Below, piece after piece: positions 26,169 through 38,988 of a stretch of DNA of 64,000 nt (within the stretch, counting starts at the first letter, position 1; each line of letters starts with the position of its first letter). The notes beneath the pieces are model-generated. The model was given only the letters and a program-made list of their open reading frames with translations. It had not been told where the DNA came from and searched no databases. The stretch comes from Moniliella sp. 'wahieum' (lineage: Eukaryota), in NCBI GenBank assembly GCA_003971905.1, contig RSEE01000006.1:744001-808000 (forward strand). The letters are read 5' to 3'. Both the position numbers and the translations under genes were made by a program.

Positions 26169-28530
26169 ATGTCGCTCCCCTTCCACCCTCTCGACCCGCC
26201 CACACCTGACGAGATTGCGGCTGCGGGCGCGGTCGTCAAGACCCACGCCGTTGAGAAGCTAGGTCTCAAGGCCTTCAAGATCACCAACGTCTATCTTAAA
26301 GAGCCTGAGAAGAATGCAGTCATCGAGTACATCCGGTGGCCTGGCGGTCCTGCAGAGAAGCCAAAGACCCAGATCCAGCGGCAGGTCGAGGTCCACGTCG
26401 TTGACGCTGTCAATGGCCGTGCATACGAGGTGTACGTCACCCTACCCCCCTCGGCACCTGTGCCCACAGTGGTCGAGGTGGTCCTCCTTCCTGAAGGAGT
26501 ACAGCCTGCAATTACCGTCCAAGAACTCGAAGTGGCGGAGGCGAACCTGCGCAAGTCCCCGAGGTGATTGAAGTACTCAAGGAAATTGGCGTTGAGCCGC
26601 ATCAGCTCTATGCTGATGGCTGGTCTGTTGGTTGGGATGAGCGCTTCCCTGGTCGCCGCCTACAGGAAGCCTATTGTTACGCCCGCTTTGGCAGCCCGGA
26701 CGACAACCACTATGCTCACCCGCTTGACTTTGCTCCTGTCCTGGACAGCAATACGGGCGAAGTGTTGGCGATTGACTTCCCTCCTATGCGCACGCAGGGA
26801 CCCAACCGCGACTTGTCCACCTCTGCCACCAGCGCTCCTCCCCCTCCTGGCTTTGCCAAGCCAGACCCTGCCTTGCGTCCCCGTTACGGCCCTCCTCGCA
26901 AAAAGCACGAGTGGCACCCCAAGATGCTCCAGACGCCGGATGGCTCTGCCCCCAACGGGTTCCGTGACGATCTGAAACCCCTGCAGGTCGTTCAACCGGA
27001 GGGCGTCTCATTTGTCCGTACTGGTAACTTGCTGGAATGGCAGAAGTGGAAGATCCATGTTGGATTCCATCCACGCGAGGGGATTGTTCTTTCGACCATT
27101 TCCTATAAGGATTCGGAAGCACCCGGTGCCAGCCTGAAGAACCCTGAGGAGCGGCCCTTGTTTTACCGTGCCTCGTTGGCCGAAATGGTTGTTCCCTACT
27201 CACACCCCGATTACCCGTGGTACAAAAAGTTTGCATTCGACGTTGGCGAGTACGGATTGGGCATGCTGTCCAACTCGCTTTCCCTTGGGTGTGACTGCTT
27301 GGGCAGTATCGAGTACATGGACGGTCATCTGGTGCAACACGATGGTTCGGTTCGTACCGTCCAAAACGCGATTTGCATCCACGAGGAGGATGCTGGCACG
27401 GCCTGGACCCACGCCGACTTCCGCCCTAACGGTTTGCGCGCAACGGTGCGTCAACGCAAGCTAGTCATCTCTTCCGTCTACACGGTAGCGAACTATGAGT
27501 ACAAAGTAAGAAATCATCCAACTGTGCCGCTTCGCACCCCTTCTCTTTTGCACGCTACTCTCACCGCATTACATTGAGCTAACTATATCACTTATTTGCA
27601 CAGGCCTCGTGGGAATTCTTCCTTGACGGGACGTGGGGTTGCAAACTTAACCTCACTGGCATTCTCAACCTTTCGCCTCTTGGGCCCGGCGAGACGACTA
27701 CATACGGTAACGAGGTTGCTCCCCGGATCAATGCCCAGTACCACCAACATCTGTTCAGGTATGTCTCTTTCTAATCACGACTTTCTGAGAGATTAACCAT
27801 CCCTACTGCAGTGTCCGCATCGACCCCCACATTGATGGTCCACTTAACAGTGTGGTGGAACAGCACGTCGAGTCGTCTCCCTACCCGACGGGACATCCGC
27901 GCAACTGGGCAGGCAACGCCTACATTGCTCCTCAAACCACATTTGAGACGACGGGAGATGGTGTTCGCGATGCCGATGCAAACTCGGAGCGTGGCTGGGC
28001 AATTGTGAATGAGAGCAAGAGGCATTATGCCAACAACAAGCCTGTGGGCTTCAAGTTGGTCATTCCTCAGCAGCCCAAGCTCCTTGCTCACCATGACAGC
28101 CTCGTAGCCACCCGCGCTCCCTTTGCCAAGCACGCGCTGTGGACCGTCCCCTACGAGGGACGCCTTTACCCTGCGGGTAAGCACGTGGTGCAGACCACCA
28201 AGACCCCTAAGGATACGGTGGAGGCTTGGGTGGGGGATGGTACAGAATCGATCCGCAACAAGGACATTATCCTCTTCTTTACTACCGGCATCACCCACTT
28301 GCCCCGGGCAGAGGAGTAAGTCCTTCCTCCCATCCCACTTATTGTTCATCTTACTGACCGGCGTTCCCCTGTCCTTCAGCTTCCCCGTCATGCCCTCGGA
28401 CGAGGTGTCGTTCTACTTTAAGCCCAACTTCTTCTTCCCTCGTAACCCCGCGATGGACATTCGCCCAACGGATGACCCTGCCTCTGTCCCAGCCAATGCC
28501 GGGGCGGCCTGCTGCAAATCTAAGCTCTAA
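26169..28530 (+). CDS. Peroxisomal copper amine oxidase (primary amine oxidase)
   Basis: TPQ consensus TVANYEY, copper ligands QYHQHLF and GITHLPR, LAEMVVPY, FDVGEYGLG, IHEEDAG, and C-terminal SKL (PTS1). Introns at about 27506-27603, 27759-27811 and 28317-28379. One indel near 26560. Confidence 0.96.
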
Positions 28531-28809
28531 GTTCTCATGAGCGGTCCTGTTTTGGTTGTGGCTACTGCTTCTCCCCTTGCTTCCTCCCCCGGTCCCAGCG
28601 TTTTATGTGAAAATCCATGCGAAATGATACGCTCTGTTTATCAATCCCATCCCCTCTTCGTGGTTGGTGCGTTTGCACTGCAGATGGAGGGAACAATGAA
28701 CCCTCTGCCTCAACATCTGCTGCAGGGAACTGGCCTAGTAGGCATACGTTGGGATATGTGCAGGTGCGTGCAGTGAACAATAGTAACAACGAGTGTGTGC
28801 CCCGTTCTC

Positions 28810-29120
28810 AGCGTTGAACGTTGAACGTGTGTTGTTCAACCCTCAACGTCTCAATGTTGAGCCTCAACGCGCACCCATGGCGCCAGGCTCGGTGCATGCT
28901 GACTGGCTCAGCGCCCAGCTCTGGGCGCTCAGCCTCAGCGCCCTCAGTGCCTCAACGGAGATGGATGGTCCTACATCGGTCACCTTCAAGCTTCAAGCTT
29001 CATCTGTTTTCTTGCGAATCTTGCCTCATCGATCATCAGGCCTCAGGCCTTGATGAGCTTGATGCCTAGATAGGCCGTGTATAGTTTGACGGGCGAGGAG
29101 ATGGGTCACCGGTCACCAGG
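28810..29120. repeat. Cluster of TNA+palindrome heptamers upstream of malic enzyme
   Basis: TGAACGTTGAACGT (about 28815), (TCAAGCT)2TCA at 28986-29002, TCATCGATCA at 29026, (TCAGGCC)2 at 29036-29049, TCACCGGTCA (about 29106). Confidence 0.88.
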
Positions 29121-29983
29121 CCACCGGACAAGCCCGGTCGCTCCTTGTCCCGTCTTGAGCGCCCTGAGAGTGAGTGATCGATTCCCTGCCGTTTTTGTGT
29201 CCGAAGAGAGAGCGCCTGGAAGTGTTGCGCAAAACTCGTCCAGCAGCCCACCCACCCCTAGTTTGATTACCCTCCTGACCCTAGCGCAATACCCCTGTGT
29301 ACCCCGGGACCGGGACCGGGGGACCCCTCTTGACGCATCGCACCCGCCCCCAACAGAGTGCCCTCCTCCCGCTCATAGCTCATCACTGATCGATCATCAA
29401 ACATCCTTAATCATAGCAAACGTTGCCAAGTTGCATACGGCGCGTATATCCTGGTGAGCCACCCGGTCGTTTCCGGTACCTTCGGGACCACCCGGGAACG
29501 TACCCCTGCTGGAGCTGCCCACGGTGGTCTGCTACCTGTTCTCTATAGAAGACCAGCAGCAGGTATGCCCCCTCTAATGCGCTCGCCGCCGGCGTTAGTA
29601 TGTCTGAGACATCGGATGGCCGCATGGAATTAGCGTTAGCGCGCACAAAGTTTGTACCTCACGCACCACACCGCTGATTCTCGGCAGCTGGCCGGCCACA
29701 AAGCAGCTCAGGGCGCTCAGGGCCAGTCTCGGAAGCGCGAACACCTCGCGATATTTTTTACACCAAACTTAACAGGTTTAACAGGGGCCGCAGGTGGCAA
29801 TGCACATGACGTGACGCTGTGCCTGTGGTCTCTTTTACCTGCTATCCCTGGATCCTCGTGTAATAAATAGCACCTGGCTCTTGATTGAGCATTTTGAGTC
29901 AGCTCCATATCTGCCCAAAACAACCCAGCCTCTTTCTCATTCCTCTCTCATCCTCGTCCATATCTGTGCTTGCCTTCGTCGAG

Positions 29984-32234
29984 ATGTTCTCTCGTCGATT
30001 CGGAAAATCTTTCAAACATGTTAACCGAGTGCCAAGTCCTCCCAGGGAAAAGGCCCCGATCATCCAGTTACGCGACACCACCAACAGCTCTCACCCGAGC
30101 TCTACGGAATCGCTCCCGCGAGTGAGCGGACATTTGCAACGGAGGCGAAGCATACTCCTCCTAGTAAAGAGACCGATTTCCCACCCAGCCGGCTGCCTTA
30201 TGGCCCTTCGCGCCGCGCTCGTCCCGCCAAGTCTGACTTTGGTACTCCCTCGGTCGAACGCACGGTCCACCCCAGTAACCCCCCCGGCTCTCCGCCTTTG
30301 CCCGTGCTCTATGTAAGTAAGCGTGGAGGTGAAGTGCTAGAAGACCCGATCAGCAACTATGGCGCCGCCCACAGCCAGGCCGAGCGTGATTCCCTTGGCT
30401 TGAGCCCCTTCTTGCCTTCAAGTGTTCATACCTTGGCGACGCAAGTCGAGCGGGCGTACAACCAGCTCAAACTACGTCAGCGGATTGCCCAGTATGGTGA
30501 CGATGACGATGGCAACATCATGCAGTACACGTTCCTTCGCTCGTTGAAAGACCAGAACTCGATTCTGTTCTACGCACTACTCCAGCGCAACCTGAAGGAA
30601 ACTCTGCGTGTAATCTACACACCCATCGTGGGCACCGCGATTCAAAACTATTCTCGCATTTTCCGTCGTCCGGATGGCACCTTCCTATCTTACCCCGCGT
30701 ATAAGAATGCCATCGACGCTGCCCGGGGCGACCGCGAAGCAGGACGCAAGTATATTCAGGATGCCATCACACACTACGGACACCTTGGAAAAGAAGATAT
30801 TGATGTCTTGACCTGCACAGACAGTGAGGGCATCCTTGGGATTGGTGATCAAGGTTCGTGTTCCGCTTCATTGTTTTGCTCCTTGTTGGAAACCCACGAC
30901 TGACTGCTTTTCGCTCTACAGGAGTTGGCGGCATCAATATTGCCATTGGCAAGAACACAATTTACGCCGTCGGGGGCGGGTTCGATCCCCAGCGCACCCT
31001 TAGTATCGGTTTGGATGTGGGAACCAACAATGCCAGTATGTTGGCCGATCCCTTATACCTTGGATGGCGCAACCCGCGTATCCGTGGGGAAGAGTACGAT
31101 GCATTTGTGGATGACTACGTTGGCGTCGCGAGCAAGTGCTTCCCTCATGCCCTTCTTCATTTTGAGGACTTTGGCACTCAAAATGCCCACCGTCTAATGC
31201 TCAAGTACCGCCCCACTTCAACTTTTTCGGAGATATGAGCAGGTGCGTATAGTGCATGATGTGGTTTGATATGGGTGGATTCTTTCTTTGCTAACGGGTG
31301 CATTTTCGGATGACAACAGGGTACAGCAGCAGTAACACTTGCTGCTGTTCTTTCAGCTGTCAAAGTAACCAAAACGACTCTCAAGGACCAGCGTTTCGTC
31401 ATCTTTGGGGCGGGTACGGCCGGTCTGGGCATCGCATCTCAGATTCGGGATGCTATTGCCATCCGCCAAGGTTTAAGCAAGGAAGAAGCAGTCAAGAGAC
31501 TTTGGCTAATCGACCGGGATGGACTGCTGGTCAAGGGTGAGGTGGAGATGCGGGACGCGCAAATCCCCTTTGCTCGCTCAAAGGAAGATGTAGCGAACTG
31601 GCCTGCTCCCAATGAGGGTCACGGCTTCCGCCTGCTTGATGTGGTGAAGGAGGTCAAGCCTACCATCTTGATCGGGGTCTGGACAAGGGGGTGCCTTCAC
31701 AGAGTCGGTGGTAAAGTCCATGTCCGAGGGATGTGAGCGCCCAACGATCCTTCCCTTGTCTAATCCTTCACGCTTATCGGAAGCGCGTCCGGACGAAATC
31801 TGCCAGTGGAGCAGGGAAAAGCACTTGTCGCCACGGGATCTCCCTTTCCCCCTGTTCCAATGCCTGGTTCAGAAAAGATGTACAAGGTGGCCGAATCAAA
31901 CAATGCGCTTGGATTCCCTGGCTTGGCGGGGGGTACAATTCTCGCTCGCTCACCTCGTTTGACGGACAAAATGATCATTGCTGGTGTTGACGCAATTGCT
32001 TCACTCAGCCCCGCGCTCAAAGACCCGGATGATGCTTTGTTACCTGACCTGACGGACATGCGCAACGTCAGCATGAAGGTGGCAGCGTCAGTCGCCTTAG
32101 CGGCGAAGAAAGAGGGCTTGGCTACCGTTGCTCTTCCCGATACAGTTGAGGAGTTGGAAGAGTTGGCTCGGCACCGGGCCTGGGAGCCTCTCTATCGTGA
32201 ACTACGGCCTTTGGAAGACGGCCCAGAGGAGTGA
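29984..32234 (+). CDS. MAE1: Malic enzyme (NAD(P)-dependent malate dehydrogenase, decarboxylating); spliced, indels present
   Basis: IYTPIVG, TDSEGILGIGDQG, LDVGTNN, HFEDFG, FGAGTAGLGIA, PLSNP, ALVATGSPF, NNALGFPGL. Start codon uncertain. Confidence 0.93.
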
Positions 32235-33057
32235 GAGTGGTAACGAGTGAATTTACGGTCCACACTCTTAATGGCACAACCTCTTTATCTGTTCTCTACC
32301 CTCACGTTGGAGGACCACTTCGGTATACCACACGCTTGTTTGAGTAATGGGGGGCTATACCCCGTTTTGTGTATGTCTGCACCAGCTTTTGGCTTCGTGC
32401 CTCTCGCTTGGACATAATTATGACTGTGATTATCAACATCATTGCTATTAAGTGTCGATAATTGATTGTACAGGGACAAAGAGACGCTGGGGTTCCTAGT
32501 GGGTACCCAGGACATTCCCGCGGTAGATGGTCCGACGTGTCGCGTGTTGCTATATAATTGCCCGATTGATTTTGTTCCCTATGTCCGACGTGTCATGACG
32601 TGGAAGGCAAAGGGGGTTATCAGAAATATTTCAACATCACGCATGATGCATGACATGTGGCAGGCCACGGTGACCGGTGACGGTGACCTACCTGCTTCGT
32701 CCGCCACTTGCAAGCATCGCCAGCGCCGTGTTGCCTTTTGTAGCTCCACACCTCCACCTCCGGCCCGTCTTCCACCGCTCGTTTCGCAATGCCACCAGTC
32801 ACCAATGCCACCATCTCAGAAGACAATTTGGCTCAACTTCAAAAGCTACCAATTGGCCATATGCGTCGACCGTCTTGCCCGCAACCAGCTCAAGTCCAGC
32901 AACTGAGACGATAGCCACTTCCACATCCACTATCACACCCTCCTTCTACACGGCGCATTTCGGCTACGGCGTCTTCTGCCGTTTCAGCGCTCCGAGCCAC
33001 TCCCATATCAAGTCAGCCAGCCACACCGGCCACTGCTTTGCCGCTGGTACTACCGGC

Positions 33058-33980
33058 ATGGCAGTCTGCCCTACAAACCATTACTCACAACATTCCTTAT
33101 TTTGAGGGCCCCAGCGGAGGCGATCATTGGCGAGGTGTGTTTTTCTTCCTGTATCTCAGCGCAATCCAACTAACGTATCGCTGTTTTCAGGAGTGCTACA
33201 CGACTTGATTTACGATGCGGATCTAACTTCAACTCACTGCATTCGCCTGTCCATTTCCAAGGGTTTGGGGCTAGGAATTGTGGTGTTCGGTTCGATTATG
33301 AAAGTTCCACAGATCTCCAAGATCATTCGCGGTCGTTCGGCTCGGGGCATCAGCCTCAGCATGTACGTTCTCGACGGTACTTGCCTACACCATCAGCTTG
33401 GCCTATGCCGTGCGAAAAAGGATCCCCTTTAGCACGTATGGGGAGAATGCTAGTCTCACCGTGCAAAGTATGTTCGTGTCATGCCATTGTTTGGTTATCC
33501 TCTGACGAGCAATTTTCCCTCTCTTCCAGATATGGCCATCACTCTGTTAATCATGCCTACGCACCTATCTGCTGATTTGAACAAGGAAGCTCGTCAAAGG
33601 CGAGTCGTGGTCGCCCTGCCCTCATGGTGGCGCTTTCCATATTTTTGTTCACACCTGCTTTGTGTGCCCCTGATTCCTTTCTTTTCTTCAAGCCCTTACG
33701 ATTCCCATCTCCCTGATCAGCAAGTGCCCCAGATGGTGGAACTACACACGCGAAAGGCACCTGGGCAGCTGAGCGCGATCGTGTTTTTGCCCAATTGGCG
33801 GGGACAATGGCTCGAGTTTTCACTACCTTGACTGAAACGAACGACTCCCTCCTCTTCTGGGGATTCGCTCTGGCCACGGTATTTAACGCCGTCATATTCG
33901 TCCAGCTGCTAATGTACTGGAATGGAAACGAGCGCACCATGATCATCGGTCTTGATGGCAAACCCCAAAAACTTGATTGA
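33058..33980 (+). CDS. MPDU1: Mannose-P-dolichol utilization defect 1 homolog (PQ-loop protein); spliced, indels present
   Basis: CIRLSISKGLGLGIVVFGSIMKVPQISKI..SARGIS, PFSTYGE, second PQ motif VPQM..GQLSA, ARVFTTLTETND..QLLMYWN. Confidence 0.9.
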
Positions 33981-34775
33981 GCATGACCTTAACCCCGCCC
34001 GCACCAGATAATGGACTTTTCAATGGACATTTTCTTGAACTACCCCGTATTCCTTGATTTGCATGCTATATGCTAAGACAACAGATCGCTCAGTTATCCC
34101 CATATTTTCTCTCAACGTATGTCTGATGGGAACAGGCCCAGCAACTAATGCCAGATGAATCTATGATGAATGCCAATAAAAGCAGATCTTTATGGCATTG
34201 ATGAATGGGGAGCAGGGGATGGTTAAGATGATTAAGGGTACAATAAGTACAGATGACATACTAGGCCAGTATATGAGTCTGCTCGAAGTAGGCAATGGGC
34301 TCTGTGATGCACGCGATCAGTGATGATGAAAGGAGATAAAAGAGAAAGTGAAGGGGGAGAGAGGATGGGATGTGGGGGCAGTGATAAACTCGCGTTTCTC
34401 CATGTCAAAAAACAGGTCGCATGTGCATCAACAGGGCCTCGGCAGAGGCATATTACAGCGATATGTGGCGGTCCGACGCGGGTGAAATGAAGAGAGAGAC
34501 AGCATACCAGCGGCAGCACGGCTAGGCCTGTTCCCACCCTTCAGCGAGATCCATAAGTGAAGGGACGTGTGTCGAATAAAAGTCGAAATCGATCGTTTGG
34601 GGACACAGGCTACCCCCGTATGGGCATCGCATTCCTGAAAAAACGGTGTGAAGTCGTGCCGCACACTTTTTGTTTGATGGATGCGGTCCTCGATGTCGGA
34701 CTCAACCTGAGATGCTTCGGTTTGATCTTGTCGGATCCAGCAGAGAAGTCGTTGGCATCGCCATGAGCAGCCATA

Positions 34776-36527
34776 TTATTCTCTTGCATTCTCTTCAGCA
34801 TCGAATCCAATTGAGGTAGCCATTTTAGAGTGTGCTCTGATGCGATCGCCAAAGAAAAGGAGAATAAAGGGAACGGCACCCAGGAGCGTCGCAATCCCGC
34901 GAGGATGGAGGTCATGTTCTGCGGCTTCATACCAGCGTACGCGTAAACGCCAAACAACGGGAAGACACCTGTGGGAGAGAAATGGAGAGAGGTCAGTCAT
35001 ATATCCCACACGCATTCGACCATGACAACGCTGAGAGAATGCAATAACATACCAGCCCACATGTTGCGAAGGAAAGAGCAAGCAGCGAGTGCGCTGGAAG
35101 CGTACTGTCGTAACAGTCAGAAAGGTACTCCCAGTCGAATCGTAGATGAGAAATGTCCCAGCTTGGCAAATCACAAGCCCACAATGCTACGACGGGGGTG
35201 AACTGATTTGATGCAGGTACGGGCGTACACCACAATCCGATAGGGTACAATACCCCCCACGCAACCATAGTATAGACGTGTCAGGGTTGACAGGCCATCT
35301 CGGCTACGGAACGGTCGCGACGAAAGAGGGACTCTTGAGGCAGGTGCAGGATCCAGGATAGGGATGCTCCAAGACCAACACCAAGAAGCACGAGGGATGA
35401 TTGGAGACTATTCCAACCATATGCGTCATTGAAAGCCACACCGACGGAAGTGAACATGAGGAAGAGCATGCCCCAGGAAAGGCGGCCCAGATGGAGAAGG
35501 CGGTGGTGATAGGTTCAAACATGAGCATGCGGAACGGACGGGTGCAAGATGGAGCATGGCCGCTTTGAGGGAAGACGATCCTCTTCCAGACGCGAGACAT
35601 ACAGGACGTTAATGCCCTGCTCGTCTGCCTCGCTTGCAAACTTGTTAATCGGCGACGGAGTAATACATTGGCCCGGGTCTCTTTGATCGTCGAAAAAATA
35701 AAAATACCATAGGCTGCAGATAGAATGGCTGATAACCAAATGGTCCACTTCCATCGCCATTCACTTCCGTGCCCGGAGATGATGGCGTTTACTGATGATT
35801 GGAGCAACAGATTGGCCCATGAAGTTGAACCACAAGTATACACTCATGGAATACCACGCTCATGCTGCGCCCAAAGGTCAGCAACCGAGCCGCCGACCAT
35901 ACAGTTTCCAGCGGAGCAAGCAATGCCTTGGAAAAAACGAGTGATAACCAGACCCTCCACGTTGTACGAAAGGGCTTGAGGGATGAAGAGGATAACGTAA
36001 AGGATGACCGAGGCCTGAGCAGAACAGTAGTATTAGCGTTGGCGAAGGAGCAGAAGAAGAGAGATGGTAAGAAAGGGAGGGGGTAAGTATCTTACACAGT
36101 AGAGTGGAACACGGCCCACAGTTTCAGAGAGCGGGGTGATAAACATGTCGGCGGTACTATTGGAGGACTGAAGAGTGCAGTTGCCAAGCAAGATCACAAC
36201 TTTGGCGACGTGATACTTTTTGCCCAACAGGCCAGCCAGGGGAGAGTATGCCGAGGCGCAAAGCGCAGTGGTGAATGCCCACATGGAGGCCAGCAAAGTG
36301 AGGTACCAGCGCTTGGAGTTACTCCAGTTCTGTGGGTTGCCGGCATCGTATGGACGCTCCCAGTCGACATAAATGATTTGGCGGCCATCAGGGGCACGCT
36401 GGCCAGAGGCGGCGGTGGCCACCTCGCCGCTGGAGCCGTCATCGACAACTGCGTCCGCGGTGGCCACCTTGGTTTGATCAACCTGAGCCTTCTTCAGGCC
36501 AGACCTGGGAAACGGTTGGAATGCCAT
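34776..36527 (-). CDS. MFS transporter, DHA1 (drug:H+ antiporter 1) family; spliced, indels present
   Basis: VDWERPYDAGNPQNWSNSKRW, PLSETVGRVPLY, WKWTIW, KETRANVLL, TRPFRML..EP, YLSDCY, VPFILLFFGDRIRAHSK. Confidence 0.9.
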
Positions 36528-36709
36528 TTCTGCAGGTTTTTAGGCGTCCACAGGGTCGGGCACAATGTTGGAGGAGGCGAAGGGCGTGAGGATTTATATG
36601 AGGGAGTTCAAGAGGGGCGTATTCAGAAAAGGAGAAGGGGGAGGCCTGAGCTTGTGCTTTTAATATACTACTAGCCTAGTATCCACCCACATGCGTCAAA
36701 GGACGGTGG

Positions 36710-38830
36710 TTACACTCAGTACTCAGTTACTCACTGTACGCTTGCAGTATACTTAGTCTGAGATCTGTGAGTCTCACAGCTCAGCCTGCGACATGCTCAC
36801 ATCATCAGTGCTGGCTGTGAGGCTGCGCTCAATGAGTCTGAGTAGTAGTACGTTTAGTGACTAGCGACTATAGTGAATCTGGAAGCTTGAAGGACGCAGG
36901 TTGGTGCCGCAGCAGAGAGTCACTAGTCAAGCTAGTCACTAGTCACTAGTCAAGCTTCAAGCTTCAAGCGGCATTGCTTCAGAGGTCTGGGGGCGTAGGC
37001 CATTCGCGTAAAAGATGTGATGGATGGGACAGCATGTTCTCAGCGGGCCACATTTTTCGGTCACCAAGGTCATACACGTGGACAAATGCCACGCCGTCAC
37101 AGATCCTCACCGACATTCGCGTGCGCGTGACCGCACCTGAACCTAGTAAAGCTCCTAAGGCCGGCCTAAGGCCTAAAGGGCCTAGGCCCTGAGAGCCTCT
37201 GCGCGTGAGCACCTGAGCCTTTGAAGCATGACCGGTAAACGGTAAACGGTAAACGGTAAACGGTAACCGGTGACCAGTAACCCGTAACGGATTGTGACTT
37301 GTTCGTCCCAGACTATTGTGCCGTCTTGCCACGATCTGCATCCATCGATCCATCGCCGTGCCCGTTCGGGAAATATGTAGAGCGCTCAGGCTGAGCGCCC
37401 CGTGTGGCGAGCCTCTTCAACGTTGAGATCTGAGAGCCGCTGGGTATGATGAATGATGTGCGCATATACTTTTTTCCCCTATATAGATCTCTCTCTGGCA
37501 GATACTATCAGTAGGTCTACACGTGTTATGCGCTGCTACCTCTGCTCTGCTTAATAATCCTCTTCCCAGTGATAGGTCACACAACCACACCAGATGAGAG
37601 GCGCTGTGTGTGAGTTGCGGGGCTCCGGCACCGGTAGCTTTTCAGCACATATAAGGCACACACACATGTACCTCCGCTCCCATCACATGTCGCACAGCCA
37701 TTATCTGCATCATCCCTGTGTGTGGTTTGTTGAAGATCGGTACGCCCGTTATGGTTCCTGGCATTAGTACTTAGTTAGTACTGAGTCTTGTCAGCGATCT
37801 TAATCATTAATCATTCTTCATTTTAACCAATCTCAGCAAGCTTCCGGCCGAGGTGAAAAAACGTGGAAGGTTGCCGTCGAACGGTGGCCGTACGGCTGCC
37901 GGTGACCCGCGGTGATCTGAGTTTGGACCTCCGGGGGAGAGATGCTCGATGGTGGAAGGCGATTTACAGCCAGGGTGTTACATGTTACAGAGGCGTTGCA
38001 TGCTTTTATTACGCGCTAACGCCGCGTAACGCGCAGCGCGTAACGGCTACATGTTACACGTTACATGTTGCGCTTCGCGTTCAAACGTTAATAAAAGCTT
38101 AAGCACTTACGCGCTCATACTGTAAGTACTCAGTACGAAGTATGAAGCTTGAAGCTTGAAGCTTGAAGCTTGAAGCTTGAAGCTTGAAGCTTGAAGCTTG
38201 AAGCACATATCCACGACACACAACATCGCCCGCCACCGCGCCACCCTTAGGCCTTAGGCCTTATAACATCACCGATGCAAGCAGTTCTTCTGTCCGCGCA
38301 ATGTCTCAGGAACACCGCACTCCCCACATATACGGGCACGAGACACCGGATGGGCGTCTTTTGAACGTTGACTAGTGACGCGTGACGCGTGACGCGTGAC
38401 GGTGCATGTGACCTCCGGCTCCCAGTCGGTAGTCCAGGTTCGTCTCGCTCATCGTGTCACGCTCTGTCCATGTGCCCTACAGTATCTCCTATGTGCCTCA
38501 CTGACCCTGTGCCCAGTCCGGCCTCCTATATAGATGCCTCTGCAAGCTGCACCCAGACCCACACGGGCTCCAATCCATCACCTTCTCCTCATCGATCATA
38601 TCCTTCTGCGCGTCCGGCTCTCCCTATAGGCCAATAGCTTCTGTGCTTTGTGTTGTTGTGTGGGGACGCTATTGCACAGAAAAACATTGTGCGAGCGTTG
38701 CGCGTTACGCACAGTCTGCATTGCATGTCACACTTACTGTGCTTCCGCCTTCCGCCTTCCACAAAAGGTTCAAGCTTCATCGACTTCAGCTTCATATATC
38801 ATCGCTCAGCCTCAGCGCTCAGGGCGCCCA
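36710..38830. repeat. Densest field of 7-bp-phased TNA+palindrome arrays in the window
   Basis: TCACTAG/TCAAGCT run at 36920-36969; TGAAGCA TGACCGG (TAAACGG)4 TAACCGG TGACCAG TAACCCG at 37222-37290; TTACATGTTA near 37978; (TGAAGCT)8.9 at 38143-38204; (TTAGGCC)2 near 38247; TGAACGT TGACTAG (TGACGCG)3 at 38362-38400; TCAAGCT TCATCGA..TCATATA TCATCGC..TCAGCGC TCA at 38770-38821. Confidence 0.92.
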
Positions 38831-38988
38831 ACAGTCACAAAAGGCTCAGTCCCAGTGGTCAGTCTGAGCGCTTATTAGCCCGGGAATAGGAACTGTGTGG
38901 TACGCTGCGGTGCTGGCTGAACTGAGGGGGGTAGTGAGACATAAGGTGACGCCGTAAACCCACAAGCCTGGTTCCGTTCGGTATGCAT

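Noticed and set aside
34100..34340. Box C/D snoRNA suggested by ATGATGA motifs
   Set aside because: No convincing paired D box, terminal stem or rRNA guide could be identified by eye.
37236..37263. (TAAACGG)4 as an interstitial telomere repeat
   Set aside because: It is not TTAGGG-like and sits in register within a TNA-CCGG array, so it is better explained as a mutated unit of that array.
38143..38400. Synthetic polylinker or vector contamination (HindIII, SpeI, MluI, ClaI, StuI-like sites)
   Set aside because: The sites are dispersed through many intergenic regions, are always of A....T type within TNA, include decayed copies, and no vector backbone is visible.
36710..38830. CRISPR array interpretation of the repeat clusters
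   Set aside because: Units are 7 bp with no unique 25-45-bp spacers, there are no cas genes, and the context is eukaryotic.
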